The notes: a model not told the origin generated them from the sequence alone. Counted from the first letter of the stretch, positions 28,586 through 37,728 are shown. The stretch: DNA of 64,000 nucleotides from Acidobacteriota bacterium (GCA_029562975.1 JAKQTR010000016.1:35887-99886), one strand, 5' to 3'. Program-made: numbers and translations.

Positions 28586-29667
28586 GCCTGCACCAGCATC
28601 CCTCCGCAGCAGCGCTGGCCCTGGCGGCCGCACTGGCAGGCGCGGCAATCGCCGCCGCCGGTCCGGACCGCCATCCCGCGCTGCGAGCCGTCGAGGTCCT
28701 GAACGATGGAGCGCCTTATCCGCAGTGCCACGCGTCCACCATCGCCGAAACCGCCCCGGGACGGCTCGTGGCGGCCTGGTTCGGGGGCACGGAGGAGAAG
28801 GCCCCGGACGTCGGCATCTGGGTGACGCGGTTCGAGTCGGGCGCCTGGACCGTGCCGGTCGAGGTCGCAACCGGCGTGCAGCCCGGCGGCCTGCGCCACC
28901 CGACGTGGAACCCCGTCCTGTTCGCTCCGCCGGGACGGCCGCTGTTGCTCTTCTACAAGGTAGGGCCGTCGCCCAGGGAGTGGTGGGGGATGGTGATGGC
29001 CTCGCGCGACGGCGGCAGGACCTGGGGACCGGCGCGCCGCCTGCCCGCTCCCCTGCTCGGCCCCATCAAGAACAAGCCCGTCATGCTGCCGGACGGATCG
29101 TGGCTGAGCCCGTCGAGCACTGAAAGCGCCGCCACCGGGTGGGACGTGCACTTCGAGCGATCGCGAGACCACGGCCGGACCTGGTCGTTCGTGGGGCCGC
29201 TCGCGCGCGGGCCATTCGGCCTGCAGGGGATCCAGCCGAGCGTGCTCTTCCACCGCGACGGGCGCCTCCAGGCGATTGCGCGGACGCGCAACGGCGTGCT
29301 GGCGTCAAGCTGGTCGCGCGACAACGGCGCGACCTGGAGCGCGCTCGAACCGACGGCGCTGCCGAACCCGAATTCCGGAACCGACGCCGTCACCCTCCGC
29401 GACGGGCGCCAGCTGCTCGTCTACAACCCCTCGACTCCGCCGCCAGGCGCCTCGTCGGGAGGCCCGAGGTACCCGCTGGTCGCCGCCGTTTCCGACAATG
29501 GCGTCTCCTGGACGAACGCCGTGGTCCTCGAGGACCAGCCGATGCCTGACGGCTACGCCTACCCGGCCGTCATCCAGTCGGCTGACAACCTCGTGCATGT
29601 CACCTACACCTGGAACCGCCGGCGCATCAAGCACGCGATCCTGGATCCGTCGGCGCTGGAGCAATAG
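28582..29667 (+). CDS. BNR/Asp-box sialidase-like (exo-alpha-sialidase family) secreted protein
   Basis: Only the last 361 codons of track ORF 26941..29667 are credible. Signal peptide AALALAAALAGAAIAAAG. Four Asp-boxes: SRDGGRTW, SRDHGRTW, SRDNGATW, SDNGVSW. Confidence 0.85.
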   Translation: MSLHQHPSAAALALAAALAGAAIAAAGPDRHPALRAVEVLNDGAPYPQCHASTIAETAPGRLVAAWFGGTEEKAPDVGIWVTRFESGAWTVPVEVATGVQPGGLRHPTWNPVLFAPPGRPLLLFYKVGPSPREWWGMVMASRDGGRTWGPARRLPAPLLGPIKNKPVMLPDGSWLSPSSTESAATGWDVHFERSRDHGRTWSFVGPLARGPFGLQGIQPSVLFHRDGRLQAIARTRNGVLASSWSRDNGATWSALEPTALPNPNSGTDAVTLRDGRQLLVYNPSTPPPGASSGGPRYPLVAAVSDNGVSWTNAVVLEDQPMPDGYAYPAVIQSADNLVHVTYTWNRRRIKHAILDPSALEQ

Positions 29668-29977
29668 TCGCCGGAGCACAGACAGAGGCGACAAGGGTCA
29701 TCGCCGAAGCGGACGTCCGCGCGGCTCCAGACCGCCCGAACAGCGGAAGGCCGGCGAACCGGGCGGCCTCGAGGCCAGCGCTACCGGGCGCCGTTCTTGC
29801 CGCGTGGCCGGACCGCAACGGGCACGCCTCCGCCCGGACCGCGGCTCCAGGGTCCTTGTCGAACCCGGGCGGTGGCGGGCCCGACGCACGGCCCGTCTTC
29901 GCCGTCGCGGCCGCCGCGGGCAGCCATCGCAGCACGGACCGCCCGTGCGCCCGCACGGTGGCGACCGGGCGTTTCGC

Positions 29978-31147
29978 CTATCGCGGCCGCGACTCGAACT
30001 CGGCGGTCCACTCCCGGATCCGCTGCTGCGCCTCGATGAGGTCGCCGGTTGTCATCATCGCAGCGAGCTGATCGCGCGCCGAGGAGAAGTGCGTCCTGTC
30101 CTCGGCGTTCGAGGCCCGTGACGCCGCCAGGCTGACCCAGCGGTACGCCTCGACGATGCTGCGGGGCACGCCGAGGCCTTGGGCGTAGAGGTCGCCGAGA
30201 TCGAACTGGGCCGAGGCGTTCCCCTGGTCGGCCGACCTGCGGTACCACGCGGCGGCCTCCGCGTAGTCGCGCTCGACGCCGCGGCCGTTCGCGTAGGCGT
30301 AGCCGAGGTTCGCCTGGGCGCGCGCCTCGCCCTGCTCAGCCGCCCGGCGGTACCACAAGGCGGCCTGCGCGAGGTCCTGCGGGACCCCGCGGCCCAGTTC
30401 GTAGCAGGCGCCCAGATTCAGCTGCGCCGTCGCGTCCTCCTGCTCGGCGGCGCGCCGGTACCACGCCACTGCCTCCGGCAGGTTCTGGAGGACGCCTCGC
30501 CCCTGCTCGAACATCACGCCGAGCATGAACTGCGCGGCTGGCTTGCCGCGCTCGGCGGCCTTGCGGAGCCACGCCACGGCCTGCGCCGCGTCCCGCTCGA
30601 CGCCGCGCCCTTGCGAGAACGCCAAGCCGAGCCTGTACTGCGCCGTGGAATCGCCTTGTTCGGCCGCTTTCCTGAACCAGACGGCCGCCTCGGCGTCGCT
30701 CTGCGGCACGCCTTCTCCTGAAGCGTACAGGAGGCCCAGCTTGAGCTGAGCCGTGGGCTCTCGCTGATCGGCGGCCTTGCGATACCAGTGCGCCGCCTGG
30801 GCCGGATCGCGCGGCACGCCCTGCCCGAGGGCGTAGCACCAGCCGAGATTGAGCTGGGCCAGCGCATTGCCCTGCTCGGCTGACTTCCGGTACCAGGACG
30901 CCGCTTCCGCGTAGTCTCTGGGAACGCCCTGGCCGATGGCGTAGACGAGGCCGAGGTTCAGCTGGGCGGCGGCGTCACCCGCGTCGGCGCGCACGCGGAG
31001 GGCCCCGACCTTGTCGAGGGCCGAGACGGCCCCCGTCGCCGGCGCGGGCTGCGGCCTTGCCCGCACTTGCGCGTCGGCGGCGCGCGCGGGCGCGCCGACC
31101 CAGCCTGCGACGAGGATGCCCGTGACAAGCGCCGCCGCCTTCCGCAT
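29978..31147 (-). CDS. Sel1-repeat (SLR) protein, secreted
   Basis: Track ORF of 389 aa with a signal peptide. It has about 8 tandem 36-aa repeats of the form A-x-x-W-[YF]-R-K-A-A-E-Q-G-x-x-x-A-Q-x-x-L-G. Confidence 0.9.
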   Translation of the reverse strand: MRKAAALVTGILVAGWVGAPARAADAQVRARPQPAPATGAVSALDKVGALRVRADAGDAAAQLNLGLVYAIGQGVPRDYAEAASWYRKSAEQGNALAQLNLGWCYALGQGVPRDPAQAAHWYRKAADQREPTAQLKLGLLYASGEGVPQSDAEAAVWFRKAAEQGDSTAQYRLGLAFSQGRGVERDAAQAVAWLRKAAERGKPAAQFMLGVMFEQGRGVLQNLPEAVAWYRRAAEQEDATAQLNLGACYELGRGVPQDLAQAALWYRRAAEQGEARAQANLGYAYANGRGVERDYAEAAAWYRRSADQGNASAQFDLGDLYAQGLGVPRSIVEAYRWVSLAASRASNAEDRTHFSSARDQLAAMMTTGDLIEAQQRIREWTAEFESRPR

Positions 31148-31182
31148 GGGACGCCTCCGACGCCGCCGGTCGGTTCGACTAG

Positions 31183-31190
31183 AGTTTACA
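31183..31190 (-). promoter_or_regulatory. TGTAAACT extended -10-like element upstream of the Sel1 gene
   Basis: The reverse complement of 31183-31190 reads TGTAAACT, 35 nt upstream of ATG 31147, followed by SD GGAGG. Confidence 0.3.
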
Positions 31191-31461
31191 CCGGCGGTCG
31201 GCCTGCTGTCCGCGGCGCAGGAGCCGATACTCCCAGTAGCGCGGTGGCGCGGCGGGTGCAGAGGTGCTCACACGCCAACTGGCAGCACGCTTGGCCAGAC
31301 ACACCCGATAGGGGAACCGTACGCACGCCGGCCCGCCCCGCCACCCCCTTCGCCAGCGCCCCGTGCGGCGCAGGCGCCGCGACAGCCCCGCGCCCCTGAA
31401 GCCGCGCGCCGCGACTCCGGCGCGCGATCGGCCCTGCCGGGCGCACGGCTCGGTCCGCGGC

Positions 31462-32361
31462 CTACAGTCTCGCGAGGCTGACGTTCAGGGCCGCGACCTC
31501 GCCCCGCCGGATCTCGACCGAGGTCACAAACGGGTCGAAGCCTTCTTTGCGAATCTCCACGCGGTGCGTGCCTGCCGGGAGGTGCACCACGAGCCGCTCG
31601 GCCCCCTCGGGCGCGCGCCACTCTTCGCCGTCAATCGTCACCTGCGCGTCCGGGGGCTGGACTCGGATCGCGAGTTGGCCGAAGCGGCCGTCGGGCGGCA
31701 GGGGCTGATCCGGCGCGCGCACGTCCGGCGCCGGAGGCCCGGCGTCCGCCGGCGGATAGGATTCACGCGGCGGCCGCGAGTCGGGCCGCTCGCTCGACGG
31801 CGGCACCTCGCGAGGCTCCCCGTAGCGCAGACCGGGTCTGGCGGACGTCCCCGCCCACCTCGGTTCCGGCCGCGGCTCGTCCGGCGCGCCGGCCGGCAGC
31901 GGCTCGAGTACGCCCTTGATGCTGTAATTGCCCCCGGGGGACACGTACAGGCGCTCGACGATGCTCCGGTGTCCTTCGAGATAGACCGTGATCTCGCGGT
32001 TGCCCGGCTCGAGCGTCAGGCGCTGCCAGAACCCGTCGTAGTCGTCCACCAGGCCGGCGAAGGCGCCGTCCACGTAGACTCTCGCGGTCTTCGGCCGCAC
32101 CTGCACGCGCAGCGAGGCCGTGTCGGTTCCCCAGTAGTAATAGTAGGGATACCCGTAGAAGGCGTTCCAGTAGCCGTAGGACCAGGGTGTGTAGAAATAC
32201 GGGCCGTAGTACGCGCCGACGTGCGCCCGGATGGAGAAGTACGGCCGGACCGGGCGGATGACCGGCCTTGCGCGGCCGTGCTGCGCCTGAGCGGGAACCG
32301 CGGTCGCCAGGACCGCGGCGCAGGCGAGAGCCGTGATGCCCCGGACGTGCATTTTCCGCAT
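31462..32361 (-). CDS. PEGA-domain secreted protein with aromatic-rich low-complexity segment
   Basis: Inner ATG at 32361 follows GGAGGAG, with a signal peptide. Two PEGA-like modules (LRVQVRPKTARVYVDGAFAG..., LAIRVQPPDAQVTIDGEEW...GTHRVEIRKEGF) are separated by a P/E/R-rich linker. Confidence 0.75.
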   Translation of the reverse strand: MRKMHVRGITALACAAVLATAVPAQAQHGRARPVIRPVRPYFSIRAHVGAYYGPYFYTPWSYGYWNAFYGYPYYYYWGTDTASLRVQVRPKTARVYVDGAFAGLVDDYDGFWQRLTLEPGNREITVYLEGHRSIVERLYVSPGGNYSIKGVLEPLPAGAPDEPRPEPRWAGTSARPGLRYGEPREVPPSSERPDSRPPRESYPPADAGPPAPDVRAPDQPLPPDGRFGQLAIRVQPPDAQVTIDGEEWRAPEGAERLVVHLPAGTHRVEIRKEGFDPFVTSVEIRRGEVAALNVSLARL

Positions 32362-32475
32362 GACTGACTCCTCCGCGTCGTTTTCGTATGGGTGTGTTGC
32401 AAGGAAGATGCCGGGCAACACCGGACGTTTTCGGGCCGGATTCCATTCGAAGCCGCCGCCCGGGCGGCTCCGGCG

Positions 32476-32997
32476 TCACCCCACGGGGACGGCGCCGTCC
32501 GCCCGGCGAGACTCGAACTGCTCGACGGGGTTCCCGCACGCGGCCAGGAAGCGTCCGAAGTCAGTCCCCGTCAGGACGATGGTGGCGGTGTTGACATTCG
32601 GATGGAAGCCGACGCGGACGGCCGACAGCAGCCGCGCGTCCAGCAGCACGCGGACGGACCTGGCGGCGTCGTTGATGAGCCCGAAGGGCGAGACGGCGCC
32701 CGGGGCCAGGCCAAGGTGCGCGGCCAGCCGTTCGGCCGACGCGAAGCTGAGCCGTGACTCTCCGACGCGGGCCGCGAGGGCGGCGAGATCGACGGGAGTC
32801 GAGTGGGCGGCCACCACGAGGAAGTGCCGGTTCCCTTTCTTGTTGCGCAGGAAGAGGTTCTTGCCGTGCACGGCGTCAATACCCGCCCAGTGCTCGAGCG
32901 CTTGCTCGACGGTGAACACCGGCGGGTGCTCGTGCCGCTCGTAGGAGATCCCGAGCCGATCGAGATGCGCGTAGACCGCCCGTTCGCCAGCCGTCAT
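32476..32997 (-). CDS. YbaK/ProX-type aminoacyl-tRNA editing (prolyl-tRNA synthetase-associated) domain protein
   Basis: Inner ATG at 32997. HPPVFTVEQA, GKNLFLRNKKG, LGLAPGAVSPFGLIND and FHPNVNTATI match the family pattern. Confidence 0.8.
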   Translation of the reverse strand: MTAGERAVYAHLDRLGISYERHEHPPVFTVEQALEHWAGIDAVHGKNLFLRNKKGNRHFLVVAAHSTPVDLAALAARVGESRLSFASAERLAAHLGLAPGAVSPFGLINDAARSVRVLLDARLLSAVRVGFHPNVNTATIVLTGTDFGRFLAACGNPVEQFESRRADGAVPVG

Positions 32998-33085
32998 GCC
33001 GTCCACGATCCAAGCATAGCAGTCGGCCCGCCGCGCGCGCGGCGCCGTGCGCCCGGCGCTGTGATATCGTGGCAGCGGAGGGCCT

Positions 33086-34609
33086 ATGAAACGGCGGGAG
33101 TTCATCAAGCGCGCGTCGATGGCGGCGCTGGCGACGGTGGGGGCGTCGGCCTCGCGTGCCGGCGCGGCGCAGAAGCGGATCGCGTTCGGCGGCATCCAGA
33201 TCGAATGCAGCACCTACGGCAACAGCCTCTCGAGGATGCAGGACTTCACCATCCGGCGGGGCCAGGAGCTGGCGGACTTCCGGTTTCTCGGGGTGACCCG
33301 GACGTATCCGCACCCCTTCATGCCGATTCTCTTCGCCAGCGCGGTGCCGGGCGGGCGGGTCGAGCGCGCGACGTACGACGCCTTGAAGGCGGAGTTCGTC
33401 GACCGCCTGCGGAGCCTGCTCCCGCTCGACGGGGTGTACCTGCCGATGCACGGCGCGATGTACGTCGAGGGCATGACCGACGCGGAGGGCGACTGGATCT
33501 CGGCCGTCCGCGGCGTGGTCGGCGAGCGGTGCCTGATCTCGGCAAGCTACGACCTGCATGGCAACCTGAGCCAGCGCATCATCGACAACATCGACATGCT
33601 CTCGGCCTTCCGCACCGCGCCTCACATCGACCGCGAAGAGACCCACAAGCGCGCCTGCGACATGCTCGTCCACTGCCTCGATGCCGGGATCCGGCCGACG
33701 CTCGTGTGGGCGCCGATTCCGGTGCTCATGCCGGGCGAGCGCAGCAGCACGGAATACGAGCCCGCCAAGCGGCTCTGGGCCCAGCTGCCGGCCTTGAACG
33801 CGCGAGACGGCGTGCTCGACGTCTCCCTGCTCGTCGGCTACGTCTGGGCGGACGAGCGGCGGGCGACGGCCGCTTCGGTGCTCACCGGCACGAAGCCCGC
33901 GGTGCTGCACCAGACGGCTGCGGAGCTGGCCGCGCAGTACTGGGAGGCCCGCACCGAGTTCGCGTTCGGCGTGCCGACGGGCACGATGGGGGAAATGATC
34001 GAGAAGGCCCTCGCGCTGCCGACGCAGCCGGTTGTGATCTCCGACTCGGGCGATAACCCGACGGGCGGCGGAACGGGCGATCGCGCCGACGCTCTGGCCG
34101 AGCTGCTGCGGATGAAGGTCCGGAACGCCGTCTTCGCTGGCATCGCCGATCGGCCGGCGACGGAGGCGTGCTACGCGGCGGGCGTCGGGAAGACGATTGC
34201 GCTCACCGTGGGCGGCAGCCTCGACCCGCAGGCCAGCCGCCCCGTGCCCGTCACGGCTCGAGTGGCGTTCGTCGAGCGGACGGACGCTCCCGCGGAGCGG
34301 CGCGCCGTGGTCGAGGTGGACGGCGTGACGCTGGTGCTCACGGCGCGCCGCCGGCCCTTCCATGAGGTCCGGGACTTCACGGCGTTGGGCCTCGATCCGA
34401 AGGCCTTCAAGATCGTCGTCGTGAAGGCCGGCTACCTGGTCCCGGAAATCGCGGCCATCGCGAACCCGAACCTCATGGCGCTGACGGACGGCGCCGTCAA
34501 CCAGGACATCGAGCACTTGACGAGCGTGCACCGGGTGCCCACCTACCCCTTCGTGCGCGACTTGGCGTACGTGCCGCGCACGTTCGTGTCCGCGCGATCG
34601 AAATCTTGA
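33086..34609 (+). CDS. M81 family (MlrC-like) metallopeptidase with twin-arginine signal
   Basis: Track ORF of 507 aa. Tat motif MKRREFIKRASMAALATVGA. IAFGGIQIECSTY, YLPMHGAMYVEG, YDLHGN and VKAGYL are MlrC-family-like. Confidence 0.85.
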   Translation: MKRREFIKRASMAALATVGASASRAGAAQKRIAFGGIQIECSTYGNSLSRMQDFTIRRGQELADFRFLGVTRTYPHPFMPILFASAVPGGRVERATYDALKAEFVDRLRSLLPLDGVYLPMHGAMYVEGMTDAEGDWISAVRGVVGERCLISASYDLHGNLSQRIIDNIDMLSAFRTAPHIDREETHKRACDMLVHCLDAGIRPTLVWAPIPVLMPGERSSTEYEPAKRLWAQLPALNARDGVLDVSLLVGYVWADERRATAASVLTGTKPAVLHQTAAELAAQYWEARTEFAFGVPTGTMGEMIEKALALPTQPVVISDSGDNPTGGGTGDRADALAELLRMKVRNAVFAGIADRPATEACYAAGVGKTIALTVGGSLDPQASRPVPVTARVAFVERTDAPAERRAVVEVDGVTLVLTARRRPFHEVRDFTALGLDPKAFKIVVVKAGYLVPEIAAIANPNLMALTDGAVNQDIEHLTSVHRVPTYPFVRDLAYVPRTFVSARSKS

Positions 34610-34846
34610 CCGCCTCGGGTAGGGGCGGCGGCGCGGCATCGGGATGGCGCCGGGCAGACGGCGGCGGCGAGCGCACGGCCTAGGTCGGACCGTGCGCGCC
34701 GCCTGGCTCCTGGGGTGAACGCCGACGGGCCTCGTGTCGGGACCGCGAGCTGAAGGCCGCCGCGATTGCCGGCGCGTCGGCCGGCGGAAGGCCGGAGCCG
34801 AGCGCGTCTGGCCCCGCCGCGCCTTCGTCGAAAGGCGTCGTTTCGT

Positions 34847-34854
34847 TGTATGAT
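34847..34854 (+). promoter_or_regulatory. Extended -10-like element TGTATGAT
   Basis: TGTATGAT lies 88 nt upstream of ATG 34942 and is the only AT-rich islet in a 330-nt spacer. Confidence 0.35.
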
Positions 34855-34941
34855 GTCCCGGATCACCTGCCGGGACGCGCGCGTTCTCCCGGGTGCGTCG
34901 CTCACGAAGGGTTCGTCTCGCTCCCATTGGGGAAGGCCAAT

Positions 34942-36186
34942 ATGACATCAAGACTCGTTCCACGCACGTTCGCCGCGCTGGCGCTCGTGGTGGCGCTCGC
35001 GGGCGCCCTCGACCTGCTGGCCGCTTCGGCGGCCCAGGCGCAGGTCCAGGACAACTACAAGACCCTGACCCGGCTGGGCGGAAGCAACCGGTTCGATCAG
35101 CCGCTCAGGAGCACCGCGGCCGTGCAGAAGTGGGCGGCGAGGAAGCGGACGCAGTCGGGCCTCACCACCGTCATGGAGAAGGCCGGGCTGTCTTCCCTGA
35201 CCTCGACGGTCTTGGACATCCTGACGAAAGCCTCGCCGGACCAGCTGAAGGAGTCGGACCTGCAGCCGGGCACGACCATGGTGTGGATGGCGTTCCGCCG
35301 CGGAGGAACCAGGCCCGACATCGTGCGGAACGTCAGGTGGGGCGGCAAGAAGCCCGCGCCCGGCTTTACCTTCGTCATCGATGACATGAACCAGACGTAC
35401 ACGTTCTTCCTGCCGAAGCAGTGCGCGAACTTGACGCTGGTGACGAGCGAGCCGAGCCGTGAGAAGGCGCGCCTCGATGCCGAGAAGGCCGCTGCCGAGC
35501 GCGCCGCCGCCGAAAAGGCCGCCGCCGAGAAGGCCGCCGCCGAGAAGGCGCGGCTGGAAGCCGAGCGGCGAGAGCGCGAACGCGCCGAGGCCGAGCGGCT
35601 CGCCCAGGAGAAGGCGGCCGCCGAGCGCGCCGCCGCCGAGCGCGCTGCCGCCGAAAAGGCCGCCGCCGAGCGCGCCGAGGCCGAGCGGATCGCCCGCGAG
35701 AAGGACGCGAAGGTCGACTGGTTCGCGTCCCCGCTCTTCGGCAAGGAGCGCCGCACGCGCCAGTTCGAGACGGCGGCTGGCTCGGCCTTGGCCACCGGAA
35801 CCAGCAGCCTGTGCTCCCCGCTCCTGGCGGGCAAGGTCGGGCCGGAGTTCAAGGTCGGGCCGAACTTCAAGATCAACCCGGGAATCGGCGGCGCCATCAA
35901 CTTCGAGAAGAGCGGCAACAGCTCGCTCTTCACCGAAGTCGAGTTCAACGGCTACACCGAGGGGCTCAAGCACTACATCGGCGCCAGCGTGGGCCTGTGG
36001 GACATCACGCACTCCGACTGGATGACCCCGACGCTAGGCCTCCAGGCCGGCACCGAGATCTGGAGCAACGCCAAAGAGGACCGGATCTACCTCGTCGGCG
36101 AGGGCAGGTTCTTCACCCGCGCCTTCGGCGCCGGGCTGTCGAACAACTACCAGTTCTGGGGCGGCCTGCGCTACGTCAGCCGCTAG
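34942..36186 (+). CDS. Hypothetical envelope protein: signal peptide, N-terminal domain, TolA-like AAAE[KR] helix, C-terminal beta-rich domain
   Basis: Inner ATG at 34942 follows GGGGAAGG. Signal peptide FAALALVVALAGALDLLAASAAQAQ. No family was recognised. Composition is normal outside the repeat. Confidence 0.6.
   Translation: MTSRLVPRTFAALALVVALAGALDLLAASAAQAQVQDNYKTLTRLGGSNRFDQPLRSTAAVQKWAARKRTQSGLTTVMEKAGLSSLTSTVLDILTKASPDQLKESDLQPGTTMVWMAFRRGGTRPDIVRNVRWGGKKPAPGFTFVIDDMNQTYTFFLPKQCANLTLVTSEPSREKARLDAEKAAAERAAAEKAAAEKAAAEKARLEAERRERERAEAERLAQEKAAAERAAAERAAAEKAAAERAEAERIAREKDAKVDWFASPLFGKERRTRQFETAAGSALATGTSSLCSPLLAGKVGPEFKVGPNFKINPGIGGAINFEKSGNSSLFTEVEFNGYTEGLKHYIGASVGLWDITHSDWMTPTLGLQAGTEIWSNAKEDRIYLVGEGRFFTRAFGAGLSNNYQFWGGLRYVSR
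35461..35706 (+). repeat. In-frame tandem ~15-nt repeats (GCCGCCGCCGAGAAG-like) encoding AAAE[KR] pentads
   Basis: Read directly. The region encodes EKARLDAEKAAAERAAAEKAAAEKAAAEKARLEAERRERERAEAERLAQEKAAAERAAAERAAAEKAAAERAEAERIAREK. It is coding, not a CRISPR array. Confidence 0.85.
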
Positions 36187-36214
36187 CGCAGCCGGCTCTC
36201 GCGCGTGACGCTTT

Positions 36215-36249
36215 GCGGGCGGCACCTCGGTGCCGCCCGCGTCTTTTCT
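36215..36249 (+). terminator. Rho-independent terminator
   Basis: GCGGGCGGCAC, loop CTCG, GTGCCGCCCGC (11-bp perfect stem) followed by GTCTTTTCT. It begins 29 nt after the stop at 36186. Confidence 0.75.
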
Positions 36250-36261
36250 GACTGCGGGAGA

Positions 36262-37263
36262 CTATCTCCCCTCCGCGACGTAGCGCTCGGCCAGCGCTTC
36301 CACGGTGAGCGGGGCGGAGCCCTCGGCCTTGTTGTTGACGAGGAGGTACGTCGGGCGCGAGGCGAGCGCAGCCGCCCGGACGAGGCCAAGCACGTCGCGG
36401 CGCATCTCGTCGTCCGGCTGGACGAGCCGGTCGAATGGCGCGAACACCTGCTTCTGGTTCTCGTACCACGTCCCCGGCCGCAGCAGGAGCCGAATGACGA
36501 CGAACGGCTGGCATTCCGGCGGCACCGCCCGCGCCTGCCGGCCAGGGAGCGGCATCGCGGACCAGTAGTTGTACACGTGCCCGGCGCCGTGCCGGGCGAG
36601 GACCCGCTGATACGCCCCGGTGAGCGCCCGCTTGTCCCGAATCTCGACTGCGTACTGGAACTGGCGCGGCAGCGCGGCCAGGAAGGCGTCGAGGCGCTCG
36701 ACGAACGCCGCAGGATCGGAGGCCTGCGGGCTGACGGGCGGCGGGAACTGAAGGATGAACGGCCCGGTGTGGCGGGCGAAGCAGCGCGCGAACGGCTCCA
36801 GCACGTCCGCGGTGAACCGAGGCGCGGACAGGTAGTCGGGATTCGGCTGGTGGTGGCCGAGGCCGGGAATCGTCGGGGACGTGACCGAAGCCGGCGCCTT
36901 GGCGCAGCAGGGGAACTCGTCGCCCAGCTGCTCCGCGTAGCGCCGCAGGTCGTCGTCGGGGACCGGCGCGTAGTAGCTGCGGTCGATGCCCACCGTGCGC
37001 AGCAGCGGGTGCCGCGCGTACTCGTACAGGCCGTCCCTCGCGAGCATCGACACGGCGCGCTTCCTCGCGTAGACGATGCCGGCCCAGCCCGGAAAGCTCC
37101 AGGAACTGGTTCCCATCCGCAGCCCCGGGGGCAGCACGGCAGCCAGGACCCGATAGCGCTCGTAGCGCTGCTCCAGGGCCGAACCCGGCGCGGGCCAGGC
37201 GGCCCGGCGTCTTGGCGCTGGAGCCGGCGTCTCCGCCTCGAAGAGCGACAACTGGTCCGGCAT
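36262..37263 (-). CDS. DUF72 domain protein
   Basis: Only the last 333 codons of track ORF 36262..38535 are credible, starting at ATG 37263. LRMGTSSWSFPGWAGIVY, FILQFPP and YAVEIRDK are DUF72-typical. Confidence 0.85.
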   Translation of the reverse strand: MPDQLSLFEAETPAPAPRRRAAWPAPGSALEQRYERYRVLAAVLPPGLRMGTSSWSFPGWAGIVYARKRAVSMLARDGLYEYARHPLLRTVGIDRSYYAPVPDDDLRRYAEQLGDEFPCCAKAPASVTSPTIPGLGHHQPNPDYLSAPRFTADVLEPFARCFARHTGPFILQFPPPVSPQASDPAAFVERLDAFLAALPRQFQYAVEIRDKRALTGAYQRVLARHGAGHVYNYWSAMPLPGRQARAVPPECQPFVVIRLLLRPGTWYENQKQVFAPFDRLVQPDDEMRRDVLGLVRAAALASRPTYLLVNNKAEGSAPLTVEALAERYVAEGR

Positions 37264-37728
37264 GGACGCGATTCTGGCAGACGGACGCCCGCGCCCGCAA
37301 CCCGGCCGGGCGGGCGGAGCCGCCCGCGCGTCCGGCCGCCGGAGTTTCACCGGCGTCGGGCCGCATGGTAGGCTACGCGCGCGCCTTGCGCCATGCCGCG
37401 AGCCAGGGGGCGGACTGCACCTGGCCGGGATCCGGCGCCGTTTGGCGCAGGTCGGCATGGCCACGGGCGGCACGGCCGACTCCGCCCGCTTCCTCGCGCT
37501 GGTGGACATCGCCCGCAGCGGGCGCACGCCGCGGCGAAGGGCGGCGGAGGGAGAGCAGGGAGGCTTCGTCACGCCGGCGGCGGCTAGCCGTCTCGGAGGC
37601 GGCGGCCCTGCGGCCCGGAGCGGGCGGCTCGCGCGTGTTCCTGTCGCAAAGCCAGGCGCGGGCCGATTTCCCTGGGCCCGGGTGCGCTGGCCCACGGCGC
37701 GTGGAGGCAGGCGCGAAGCAGGCAAGCC

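Noticed and set aside
25943-28870. A 975-aa minus-strand ORF.
   Set aside because: Only the C-terminal 307 codons (PIG-L deacetylase, from ATG 26866 with an SD) are coding. The upstream two thirds is antisense to the SSS transporter and is R/G/P/E-rich.
26941-29667. A 908-aa plus-strand ORF.
   Set aside because: Only the last 361 codons (BNR sialidase-like, from ATG 28582) are coding. The upstream part is an alternate frame of the SSS transporter with R/P/G-rich composition.
29668-29977. A 310-nt convergent spacer after the sialidase-like gene, and a 314-nt spacer at 31148-31461. Both were checked for small genes, tRNAs or ncRNAs.
   Set aside because: The track ORFs there (for example 29627..29956, 31186..31446) are R/G/P/A-rich. 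I saw no cloverleaf-like or strongly nested structure by eye. They are left unannotated rather than guessed.
35461-35706. A regular short tandem repeat that could be mistaken for a CRISPR-like or minisatellite array.
   Set aside because: The period is about 15 nt with no unique spacers. It is in frame within a well-supported ORF and encodes AAAE[KR] helical pentads.
37264-37728. A possible cobalamin riboswitch, or a small regulator gene, in the 465-nt spacer upstream of the corrinoid protein.
   Set aside because: I looked for the B12-box (AGYCMGGAGACCKGCC-like) and the conserved GGUGC...GCCACUG core. Only loose resemblances were found (GCCACGG, AGCCAGG). The ORFs there are R/G/P-rich. I cannot support a call without a covariance-model scan (Rfam RF00174 cmsearch would decide).
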